Source: Vicugna vicugna
Lineage: Eukaryota
Direction of reading: 5' to 3'
Assembly (NCBI GenBank): GCA_013265495.1
Contig: MU058037.1
Coordinates: 374,001 to 438,000 of the forward strand
Length of the DNA: 64,000 nucleotides
Below are positions 52,554 to 64,000 of the stretch, piece by piece. How positions within the stretch are numbered: position 1 is the stretch's first letter; each line of letters opens with the position of its first letter. The position numbers were made by a program, and so were the translations under genes. The notes beneath the pieces were generated by a model that had not been told where the DNA came from, made no database searches, and worked only from the letters and a program-made list of their open reading frames with translations.

Positions 52554-55260
52554 TTGCTGTTCAGTTGTATAAGTTCCTTAAATCTTTTGGTTATTAACTC
52601 CTTATCAGATATATAGTTTGCAAATATTTTCTCCCATTCTGAATGTTGCCTTTTCATTTTGTTGATCACATATTTTGCTGTTGAGAAGCATTTTAGTTTG
52701 GTGTAGCCCTATTTGTTGATTTTTGCTTTTGAGTCTTGTGCTTTTGGTGTCATCCAAAAAATCATTACTAGGACAAATGTCAAGGAGCTTTTTCTCTGTA
52801 TTTTTTTCCAATGAGTTTTACAGTTTCAGGTCTTACATTTAAGTCTTTAGTCCATTTTGAGTTAATTTTTGCAAGTTTTAATAAGATAGGGGTTCAGTTT
52901 CATTCTTTAACATGTGAATAATCCATTCTTGCAACACAATCTGTTGAAGAGAGTATCTTTTCCCGTTAACTATTTTTGACTTTCTCGTCAAATATTACTT
53001 GATCATATATGCATGGTTATATACTAGAGGGGCTCTCGAGTCTGTTCCTTTGATCTTTGTGTCTGTTTTTATGCCAGTACCATACTGTTTTGATTACTAT
53101 AACTTTCTAATATAACTCAAAACCAGGTCGTGTGATGTCTCTAAATTTGTTCGTTCCCAGCATTGCTTAGGCAATTTGGGAGTCTTCTGTTGTTCCTAAT
53201 GAATTATAGGATTATTTTTTTCTACTTCTGTAAAAAGTACTTTTGGAATCTTGATGGAGATTGCATTGCATTGATAGATGGCTTTGGATAATATGAACAT
53301 TTTAATAATATTAGTTCTGTTGATGCATTAACATGGGATATATTTCCACTGATTTGTGTATTCATTGTTTTTTTTTTGGTCAGTGTCTTATAGTTTCAGT
53401 GTGCAGATATTTTACCTTCTTGGTTAAATTATTCCTAAATATTTTTTATAAATGAAATTGTTCTCTTTATTTCTTTTTCAGCTAGTTTGTTGTTAATGTA
53501 TAGAAATGCAGCTCATTTTATATGTTGATTTTGCATCCTGTACCTTTAATGAATTTATTTATTGGTTCTAGTAGTTTTTGTCAAGTCATTAAGGTTCTTT
53601 ATATATAAAATATGTCGTCTGTAAGCAGTGACTTCTTCCTTTCTGGTTTAGATACTTTTTATTTATTTTTCTTGCCTGAGTGCTTTGGGTAGGACTTTGA
53701 GTATTATGTTGAACTGTAGTAGTAATAGTGGGCACACTTGTCTTATTTCTAATCTTTGAGAAAATTCTTTGACATTTTCACCATTGAGTATGATGTTAGC
53801 TGTGAGCTTGTCACATTTGCCTTTATTATGTTGAGTTACATTTCTTCTAAACCCATTTTTTTAGTTTTTATAATGAATAGATTTTGTCAAATGCTTTTTC
53901 TATATCTATTGAGATGATTACATGGCTTTTATCTTTCATTCTATTAGTGTGGTTTATCACATTTCTTGGTTTGCATATGTTGAGCCATCCTTGTGTCTTG
54001 GGGATGAATCTCACTTGATCATGGTATATCGTCCATGTAATGCAGTGTTGACTTTGGTTGACTAATATTCTGTTGGAAATTTTTGCATCTTTATTTATCA
54101 GGGATATTGTTCTGTAGTTTTCTCTACTTGTAGTGTCCTTATCTGTCTTTGGTATTAGGGTAATGCTGGACTTGTAAAATGAGTTCAGGAATATTATATT
54201 CTCTTCAGTTTTTTGGATGAGTTTGAGAAGAATTGGTGTTAATTCTTTAAATATTTGGTAGAATTCACTTGTGAGATCATTTGATTCTGTACTTGTCATT
54301 GCTAGGACGTTTTTGATTACTGACTCAATCTCCTTACTCATTATTGATCTGTTCAGATTATCTATATCTTCATGATTCAGTCTTGGCAGGTTGTATGTTA
54401 ATATTAATTTATACATTTCTTCTATTTTGTTCAGTTTGTTGGCATAAAATTATTCATATTGGTCTGTAATGATCCTTTGTATTTCTGTGGTATCAGTTGT
54501 AGTATCTCCTCTTTCATTTATAATTTTATTTAATTGAGGCTTCTCTCTTTTTTTCTTGATTAATCTAGCCAAGGATTTGTTAATTTTATCTTTTCAATGA
54601 ACCAGCTCTTAGTTTTGTTAATGTTTTATTGTTTGCTTATTCTCTATTTCATTTGTTTCCACTCTAATCTCTATTATTTCCTTCCTTCTGCCAACTTTTG
54701 GCTTTTTTTTTTTTTAGTTCCTTTAAGTGTAATGTTAAGTTCTTTATTTAAGATCTTTGTTTTTTATTAATGTATGCATTTATAGCTATAGATTATGTTG
54801 CTTTTGCTGCATCCCATAAATTTTGGTTTGTTGTGTTACCATTTTTGTTTATCTCAAGATATTTTTTTATTTCTCTTTTGATTTCTACTTTGTCCCACTG
54901 GTTAAGTTGAGCTGTTTAATTTCCAATTATTTGTGAATTTTCCAGTTTTCTTTCTGTTACTGGCTTTTAGTTTTATACCATGGTGTTTGAAAAGATACTT
55001 GATATAATTTCTATCTTTTTGAATTTGTTTATACTCCTGCTATTGGGTGGAATGTTCTGTATTTGTTAAGTTTATTTGGTCTATGATGTCGTTCAGTTTC
55101 ACTGTTTCCTTATTGATTCTCTGTCTGGATGATCTATCTATTGTTGAGACTGGGGTATTAAAATCTCCAACTATTATTGTATTGCTGTTTATTTCTTCTT
55201 TTAGTTCTATTAGTATTTGCTTTATATATCTACTATATATATAAGTAGATATTGATATAT
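51990..55260 (-). mobile_element. ~3.3-kb decayed L1 ORF2 (endonuclease to C-terminus), with internal (TTG)12 at 52515-52550
   Basis: ORF fragments NTIIVGDFNTP (EN, 55040-55294), SITLIPKTDKDTTSRENYRTISLINKDAKI...ISIDIEKAFDKI (RT, 53868-54416) and WEKIFANYISDK (52466-52669); frameshifted and non-functional. Confidence 0.93.
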
Positions 55261-55329
55261 TTCCACTAACTTTTGAACACATACCCTGTTTCACTGCTTG
55301 TTAAGTTTCCTTCTATTAAAAAATACTAC

Positions 55330-56520
55330 ATTCTCATATATTTTAGGGTCCACTTTTATTTTTTATTTTTATTTTTTAGGGTTCAGTTTTAACTGAATTA
55401 TTCTATTACATTGATCCATACATTGATTCAAGTTCTGTTTATTTCAAAAAAATCACAGAATGCTTATTATGAGCTGGATACACTTTTAATTGTTGTGGTT
55501 TTGTAATGTGTCAAACATAGAGTACGTTCTCCCTTTATGAAACCATTGTTTTACCAAAATTTAGTCACTTAATACGATATTCTTCCATTTGCATTTATTA
55601 CATTTTGTTAATGATAAATCTATTTTATAATTACTTAAATTTATAAATTAATATGAAGTAATTGACTTGTTTTCATGATTCACCCATTATGGGTGGATCA
55701 CAGTATCTATCTCCATTTTTGCAAATAATCTTTTCTGGCTTTCTAGAGTACATATATCCAGCAGTATCTGAGGTATTTATTTATTTTGTTGCTATTATCA
55801 CATAGGTATTACTTTTGATAAATAAAACATTTTATGTTTTCTCTATCTGTTCATTATTTTTTGACTTTACTAAATTTTGATTGATTTTAAGAACTTTTCA
55901 ATGGATCATCTTGCGTTTTATAGGGAAAATTTTGTCTTTTTTCCTGAATGATACAATAGTTATTACTGTTACCTGTTTTATTGTATTGTCTAGCACTTCC
56001 ATATCACTGACAAAAGTACAAATAGGATTTAAAAAGACACTTTTATTTAGGAACTAAAGGGATGGTTTTTGTATTCATTTTTAAGTAGTTTAATGTTTTT
56101 TAACTAAGTGAGGTCACATTCTTCTCATTTTTATTTAATAAGAAATATCTCATAAATTGATACTGAAATTTTATTAAATGCCTCTTGAACATACATAGTG
56201 TTTCTTCTTTGACCTTTTGGTGTGATATTATTTGTCTTAAGTCATAGTGCATTCTAGTGAAAACTCTACTTGTCATATTGTATAAGATTGAAAGTTGTTA
56301 TTCAAATTTTTGCTACTATTTAATGTAAAACTTTTATGATAATGTTCACAAGTCGGATTGGGCCTTAATTCTCGTTTGTGTTGCATTTTTCAGGTTTAAG
56401 TATGAGAGTTATTTAACTTTACAAAATAAATTGGGTAGATAGTTCTCTATTTTTTTTCTGTCATTTGGTACAGTTTATATATCCTGGGAATTACCTAGTT
56501 TTGAATATTTTAAAGAATAG
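55330..56520 (-). mobile_element. Very old L1M remnant
   Basis: Highly diverged T-rich reverse L1 ORF2 phrases (ttttattaaatgcctctt, atgttcacaagtcggattggg). Confidence 0.5.
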
Positions 56521-58199
56521 ATAAAATAGTAAGATAGTGTATCTTACAATCAAGGGGATGTTGGAATTAAGTAAATAATGTATTGTTTTGTTGTCATTTA
56601 TTGATGAGAAACCTGACGCAGAGAGATATTAAATAACTGACAACTACTAGTTGGTAGAATAAAGATTTGAAATGAGGTGGTCTGGGCCCAGAGTTTTGGC
56701 TCACACTCAGTGCCCCATAGTGCTATAAACTCTCTACAAGCCCCATTACTGACTGCATCCTTGACTCTTAGCTCCACGTGCTGACTGGCTTCCTGCACAT
56801 TTGGCTGTTCTAAGCTTTATTACTTAGATTAAAATAACTTGCTGCATTTTCTGCACCACACATCACTGATACTTAAGTGCTGCGCTCATTTGCTTGGCTG
56901 CTCCAGGCTGTTGAGTCCAGGGTCAGGCTTCAGGCCTGTCCCACTCCCACTCCCTGCAGCTAATCCCTCATCAGCTTATCCTCAGCCTTGCCTTGGCCTT
57001 CGGTTTCCCATGTACAATTCATTTGTTGTCTCAGTGCTGTGGATACCCATAGTAATACCAAGAAGCATTTGTAACAATGGGGTTCCTAGACAAGTGCCTC
57101 CAAAGGAATTCTGATTAGCACACCAACCTGTTAGTGAGATACGAGTATAGAATACAGAGATGGATTACGTGTTCACCCATTTGTTCACTATATGCAAGCA
57201 TGGTAGTGCTATTATTTTATATCTAGTGTTTGATCCCTCTCCAAATCCTAGAATACCCTTAAACTATTAAACTAATAATTTGTCCAGAGGTGGGGGGCCA
57301 GGTGCAGGGACCTTCTCTTGTATTCTCTTGCTTCCTTTATACTTACCATAGATTCATACATGAAGTGGGTACTCAGTGCATTTTTAAATTGAATTTATTA
57401 CCTTGCAGTGCATTTGGGGCCAAGAAATTACATTATATCTCCCCTGTATTTTTCAGTGTTTCTGAAGTGTCATTTCCTGCCTAAGTGGGAAACATTTTTA
57501 TAAACAGAACACTTGCTTTCTGATCGAGGCCTGTTCTATACAGTAAGAGAGAAAGTTTTCTCAGTGTGGCCTCAAGGGCAACTCTCTGGATAAGGACGAT
57601 GACTCATCCTCCCAGGGTCTTCCTGCTGAAATGCTGCAAATAAATATATTCTGCAGAGGACGCTGAGTACTGTGGTTCGGATAAGAGAAAAGCCAGCCCT
57701 CTTGGACTGGGAAGCTCTGCAGTCACAAAGCTGTCAGCCACAGCTGAGAAACCCCTGTGAGAATTAAGTAGTGCCCCTGGGTGTTTGGGCATTTTAAAAC
57801 GTGCAAGCTTATTTGCTTGAAATCCTAAAATTTGCTTAATTGCAGAGCCTGGAAGGTAATATTGAAATGCAGAGATAATAAGAAAATGTCAGGGCTAGAA
57901 AGCTAAGGATCTTGGTGAAACATATCAGCAATGCTAAACCAGAATTGGTGTTTGGCTATATTTATTCAAATGGCTTAGTTTCTGATAATGCTTGTAATTA
58001 TACAACAATTATTGGGAAATAGAAGAAAACAGTTTTGTCTCTCCACCTAGATGGTAAACTCCCTGTTGAACATTTTCTTCAGAGAACATAAGGGATAATG
58101 GGTCATGGAAACTATATCCTTTCCACATACCTTTATTGACTTGCTGCTATTTGTCATGCCAGGGGTGTTGGTAAGATGGGGGATGGGCATATGACTGGA

Positions 58200-60370
58200 G
58201 AAGGACCTGAGGGAGCCCATAATCAATTGCAGAGCAGCTTTGTAAGCACAGGATGGCGTAAGAACACATGAGAGGCCCTTACTTTGGGGGGAGGGTGATG
58301 TGATGTCAGTGATCAGAGAAAAGGCAGATACTGAGTTGCACTTGGAAGAATGGTTAGAGTTTTCCAGGTGAAGAAAGGTTGAATTAAAATGGATTCTTCC
58401 ACATGAAGTGAGCAGCATCTGCAAAGGAACAAAGTGTCAGACACCATGTTACCTTTGGAGAACTATATGTAAAATTGTTCAGTATAGCTGCAGCTTCGAG
58501 GGAGAAGGGAGAAATGGCGAGGCTGCAGCAGAAAAAAGGCAGAACATGAGTGCTCATGTATTAGGTTGGGTTTCCCAAGAAACAGACCCTGAGGTAAGGA
58601 CCTGAGGGCCTGTGATTTATTTGGGAGGTGATCCCGGGAAGCACTGGCTGGGGAGAGGGAAATGAGAGCCAGTTGCCGCTCTGGGCAATTGGGGCTCAAT
58701 CCACTGGGGAACTCTGGAGAGACTCCATCTCTGAGTTGTCCTATCTGAGGGGTGGGCACTGGGATATACATCCAGCCATCTCCCATTTCTCGTTGGGTGA
58801 GGGCTGCTCTCAGGAGACTTAACTCCATGGCTCTTTGGGCTTTCCCCTGAGACTGAAGAAAGCTTTCCTTCAGGAAGACACTTACAGGTGCGTGGGGTAA
58901 CAAACTGTTGGCGTGTAGAAGAAAGGCGCATTTCGAGGGGATAAGAATGGGACACGAATGGCATCTACTGTAGGCCATGTATGTCATGCCAATGATTTAG
59001 GCTTTTAACCCAAGAAAATGGTGAGCTACTGAATTATTTTAATCTGAGGAGTGGTTATATGATGAGGTTTGTGTTTTAAAAAATTATTTCTGGTATCAAT
59101 AATAATAATAATGGATTAGAGTGGCTCAACAGTGGTGGAAATAAACAATTGGGTTGTTTTGCAGAAACTTGGAGGAGAAATCATGAGGGCCTGAATGTTT
59201 AACAACTGTCTCTTCAAAAAAAAAAAAAAGGTTTCTCATTTATGGAGTTTGCTGATTCCCATGGTATAAATACTCCCATACTAGCCAATGTCAAACTACT
59301 AATGTGATGTCACTGAATACTGAGTTGGGAGGAGATGTGCGCAGTCAGCTGTCACTCCAGCACACCATGGGCCTGACTTGAAACCGTGGTGGTGGCATGA
59401 AAAATAAGGAAAGCATCTGAAGAAAAATTGAGTAGAATAGTAACTGATAGAGGGGATCAGGTGTAATGAGGCAAAAAAAATGACACTCAGATTTTTACCT
59501 TCTGTATCTAGTTAGGTGATGATGCCCTTCGCTTAGATAGAGAATTTAGAATAATGATATTATTGATGATAGTATTATTATTAGTAGTAAATAGAATGCT
59601 TACCATGTGCCAGGCACTACTTTAACCATTTAGACATATTAATTTATGTAAGCCCTTTATGCATATTAATTTATGTAATCTTCAAACTAACAATAATCTT
59701 ATAAGGAACTTATCATTATTATACCTATTTCAGGTGTGGCTGAATCAGGATTTCAAACCCAAGCACCCTGGCACAGAGTCCTTGCTCATACTCGCACACT
59801 AGCAGATTGAATAGAAGGAGGTGAGTTTAATTTTTGACATAGTGAGATGGAGTGTCTACAGGTGATGCATCTGGAAAGATTTACCAGGGAGTTGACCCCA
59901 TGAGTCTGAAGCACAGAGATGGATTTGGAATGAAGATAATGTATTTGTAGATCTTTAGTACACAGGCAGTTGAAGCCCGGAGAGAAGATGAGATGCATAG
60001 AATGAGATAAGGACTCTTTAGGGCAGGGCTTATAGAAAAGAACATTGATAGATTTGATGAGAAAGAGATTCTTATAAAAGAAAAGGAAAAGAGCAATCAG
60101 AGGCAGGATATAAAGAAGGAAGAGGAGGGTTGTGACAAACTAGGAAAGCATTTAGGAACAAAGGAGTAGACAATGAAGTGTCACAGAACATTTAAGGGAA
60201 AAAAACCCTCTGAAAAGTGTCTTTTGGATTCAAAACCTAAGAGCTCATTCTCAGGGAAGGGATAGTGGGAAAAACAGGAGGTGATGGCTGAGGATGAGTT
60301 GAGAAGTTTGGACATGGGAGTAGCTAGTGTGTACTATTCTAGCTAGAAATTTGTTTGAGAAGTGTCACCA
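58200..60370 (-). mobile_element. Fragmented LINE-2 interrupted by an LTR16-like LTR (~58558-58965), MER63 (~59195-59369) and MIR (~59585-59790)
   Basis: L2 phrases occur on both sides of each insert. tgtattaggttgggtttcccaagaaacagaccctgag is the reverse LTR16 end. gatgtcactgaatactgagttgggaggagatgtgcgc...ctccagcacaccatgg is reverse MER63, with gggcctga on both sides. Confidence 0.65.
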
Positions 60371-60535
60371 GTGAATGGTTCTCAACATTGGCTGTGCATT
60401 ACTGAGGAGTTTTTAAAAATATTAACCTCATCCCTCGAAATTACGACTGATATATCTAGGTATAGTCTGGGCATCAGAAACTTCAAAAGTTTTCCAAGAT
60501 AACTCTAATATGCAACTAGGGTTAGGACCACTGGG
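60370..60535. mobile_element. MER5-type element
   Basis: tggttctcaacattggctgtgcatt...tctaatatgcaactagggttaggaccactg. Confidence 0.65.
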
Positions 60536-61114
60536 CTAGCGGGAGTCAGAGAGAGGTGATAATTGACGGAGGGAGGTCCTTGAGGAAACAGTGCAAAGGA
60601 CTTTTCCAATGGGGATGAGGAAGTTAAATGAGTTTCTCCCTTAGGCTGGGTGCCAAATACAGGCTGTTTGACTGAACCTTTATTATGTTCATGTTTTATC
60701 CAAAGACCTTAAGAATGCTCCCTTAAGGAAGTGGCTAATTGGTTATAGTTGTGTAGCCGGAAAACTGAGGAGTTAAAGAGGAGTGCAGGGGTGGGTGGAA
60801 GTTGGGGTGGGTGGAGGAAGAAACCAGGTCATTTCACCTTCTAAAGGTTGTGGATGCTGGCTCCTGTTTTAGCCTCTGTGGAGCCTGTTCTGTGTGAGTA
60901 CTTGTTTATCTGAATGCTGCACTTACGGCTTTCCTTGCATTCACAGTCTTCCCATTTGTCCAGTCTTGCCTGGATGCTTGGAAACTAGCCCATGTGACTG
61001 TTCTGACCTTCACTCTTTCTTTTTGTTCAAACTCCAATTGCCTACATGGTTTTGACCCTTGGACATGCCAGGGTAATTCTATCCAGGGGTATTCCTTTCA
61101 TTTTTTAGCACACA

Positions 61115-63400
61115 TTTTATTTCAGAATTGTTTTATAGGAAAAAATGTGACATACTACATAATTCCCATATGCCTCACACCCGATTTCCACTATTAATAT
61201 CATACATTTGTAAGGCATATTTGTTACAATTAATGAACCAATATTTGTACATTATTATTCACTAAATTCCATACTTTTTCAGATTTCCTCAATGTCCTTT
61301 TTCTCTTCCAGTATCCTTCCAGGATACTGCATTACATTTAGTCATCTTATTTCCTTAGGTCCTTCTTAGCTGTGACAGTTTCTCAGACTTTCCTTATTTT
61401 TGATGACCTTGACAGTTTTGAAGAGTACTGGTCAAAAATTTTGAAGACTGTCCCTCAATTGGGGTTTGTCTGACATTTTTTTCATGATTAGATTGTGGTT
61501 ATGGGTTTCTGGAAGGAAGATCGTAGGTAAGGTGCCATTCTCATCACATCATGTCAAGGATGCATGCTATCCACATGATTTACTACTGATGATGTTCACC
61601 TTAATCACCTGGCTATGGTAGTGTTTGCCAGATTTCTCCACTATAAAGTTACCTTTTCTTTTTTAGTGCTATTATTCTTTGGAATGAAGTTGCTGTAGGT
61701 TATTTCTTTTTTTTGCTTTTCTTTTTCTTTTACTTTTGTATTTGGAAAATTTCAAACAGAAAAAAAACATGCAGAATAATATAGTGAATTCCCACATACT
61801 CAGCCCAAAATTTCAACACTTATGTCATGCTGATCCTTTTATCTATATGGGTGGTCTCAAGTTCTAGCATGCATCAGAATCACTTGGAGGCTTTGTTAAA
61901 ACACAGATTTCTGGACTTCACCTTAGAGTTTCTGACTGAGTAATTCTGGATCGGTGCCAAGAGAATTTGCATCTTTAACAAGTTTCCAGATGTTGCTGCT
62001 GGTCCAGGGAACTACCTTGAGGACCTCTGACCTATTACCTTCCCCTACATTCGCTCCCTCACTTCTACTTCATCATTTTGAAAGTAAAATAAAGCTCAGG
62101 TATGTTATTTTATCTTTAAATCCTCAATGTGTAACCCTAAATAAAAGGGGTGATAAAACATATTTACATTACCATTTTCTTATCAAAAATACTAATTATT
62201 CTAATATTATATACCTATTTAGTGCTAAATTTTGCCTTATTATTTCATAAATACTTTTACAGTTGGTCATTCCAATCTACATAAGCTCTACATACTGTAT
62301 TTGATTGATATGCCTCTAAATTCTTTGTTATTTCCATTATAGAAGTCAACAAACTGACCCATAACCTGTTTTTGTAAATAAAGTTTTATTAGGATACAGC
62401 CATACCCATTCATTATAAGTGTTCATGTCTGCTTTCCAACTGCAACAGTGGAGTTGAGTGGTTTGCATTGTGGGCTGTAAGGCCTGTAAAGTAAAAAAAT
62501 ATTTACTATTTGTTACTTTACAGAAAAAGTTTAAGCCCTTTCCCCTATGCTCTTGCTTCTCCTAATTTTTCTTTGCACATATCTGTTGAAGAAACCAGGT
62601 CATTTTTCCTACAGGGTTTGCCATATTCTAGATTTTGCTAACTGCATTGCCCCCACTGTTATTTATCATGTTCTTCTGTCTCCTGTATTTCTTACAAACA
62701 GATACACAGACCAAAAGGCTTGAGCAGATTTGAGTTCAATATTTTGGCAAGAGTTGATTAGTGGCTTTAAGTGTTACCAGTCAGATCCATCTATCTTCAA
62801 GTTCATAATCAGGTTTTCACCTAATGATTTTAGTAGCTATTAATCATCATTGCCTAGATTGATTATTTCATTAGGTATCACAAAATGATTTTATGGTGAT
62901 TTTATCATTCCTTTTAATTTATTAGCTAGAATGCTTTTATAAATGAGAACTTTTCCTCATCAATTTTTTGGTTACTTTGATATATAGTTTTGTGAAAGAA
63001 ACGCAGGATAAATGCTTGGTTCTGTCCCTTCATTGCCACTCTGAGAATAATGAGTGGGCTCGCTAACACCTTCAAAGATAACCACTGAATTATTTTAAAC
63101 TATCATATGAATGCCTGAATTGTTTTTAAGAACTTTATTGAGATTTATTTTACATGCCATAGAATTAACTCTTTTTAAATGTGGAATTCATTGGTTTTTA
63201 GTATATTTGCAGAGTTGTGCCACTAGCACTACAATTAATTTTAAAATGTTTCCATTATCTTAAAAAGAAACCTTATGAATACATGGAATTTTTAGAATGT
63301 AATTGATGTGTTCCAATCCATTTTAATACTCTTTTGAAGCCCAAATCGTCCCATTTTTGGTTGGTGGGAGCCCTTTTGAGATTGGTTCTTATACCAGGTT
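61115..63400 (-). mobile_element. Cluster of L1MB/MC/ME 3' ends with nested MER5A (~61850-62030) and MER58A (~62340-62535)
   Basis: acattacatttagtcatc...tgtgacagtttctcagactttcctt (L1 3' UTR); gcatcagaatcacttggaggctttgttaaaacacagatt (MER5A); cctgtttttgtaaataaagttttatt (MER58). Confidence 0.65.
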
Positions 63401-63469
63401 ATTATGAAAATAAAATGAAGGAATAATTTTCAAGATTATGATACTTAAGGGATGCTACATTGCTATTAT

Positions 63470-63650
63470 AGTGGTTATCAACCTTGGATACATACTAGAA
63501 TCATCTGAAGAACCTTAAGACATCTTGATGTTCAGTCCATTCCCTATACTAATTACAGGAGACTCTCTGCAGGGGATACCCAGGCAGCAGTGCTTTTTAA
63601 AACCCACTAGGTGAATTCCAGTGTGCAGCCAATTTTTGGAACCACAGACT
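63470..63650. mobile_element. MER5-type element
   Basis: agtggttatcaaccttggatacatactagaatcatctg...gtgtgcagccaatttttggaaccac. Confidence 0.6.
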
Positions 63651-64000
63651 TTTGAGGATATGTGTTAATTTTTTTTCCCTTCCTCCCAAGCCCTTTCCCT
63701 GCTTTCATCTTGGGCAACTATAATACTTTATTTGCCCAGTCACTCAAGCTAGCTACCTCAAGTCATTTGACTCTTTCTTACTAGCACTCTTTAAATCCAA
63801 GGGATTTTTTTTTGAAGAGAAATGGCTGGCTCAGATCTGTGTTGTACAGAAATACTTCTGGCAGCAATATGAAGGAGACATTGATGAGGCAAGTGAAGAC
63901 TACTCATTGTTTAAGTACTTCTTCAGGACTCATAGTGACAACCTTTGCATTCCTTACCATGGTATTCTAGGTTACCCATGATCCAGTCTTCACCTCTGTA

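Noticed and set aside
53868..54416. 182-aa RT-like ORF (and the EN-like ORF 55040-55294)
   Set aside because: These are fragments of a frameshifted dead L1 ORF2, not a host gene or a novel RT system.
58463..58987. 174-aa ORF and other 60-135 aa ORFs across the window
   Set aside because: They lie in LTR/L2/L1 remnants or have no recognisable domain; their lengths are compatible with chance.
59635..59678. 17-bp direct repeat catattaatttatgtaa
   Set aside because: An ordinary small tandem duplication within a MIR; no functional indication.

Overview
This is mammalian genomic DNA, almost certainly camelid, judged from two tRNA-derived vic-1-type SINEs and artiodactyl-type L1 3' ends. It is AT-rich and gene-poor. 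The only protein-coding gene I can support is a single-exon, minus-strand KH + DEAD-box helicase that I recognise as DDX53 (CAGE), a retrocopy of DDX43. Its likely ATG is at 20388 and its stop at 18481 (635 aa), with a compact germline-type promoter at ~20520-20610 and a poly(A) signal at 18334-18339. By human synteny this should be the X-linked PTCHD1-AS/PHEX-PTCHD1 interval, but that cannot be seen directly here. The rest is mostly decayed interspersed repeats: L1, L2, L3/CR1, MIR, MaLR/ERVL LTRs and hAT MER elements. Family names come from recalled consensus sequences and boundaries are approximate. I found no new multi-gene system. The observations most worth a second look are: a coding (GGGGCC)-type repeat giving a poly-GR tract in DDX53; catalytic motifs apparently more intact than in human DDX53; a SINE-L1 chimera inside one target-site duplication (TSD); a MER20 tandem triplication; and several short locally templated duplications/inversions.
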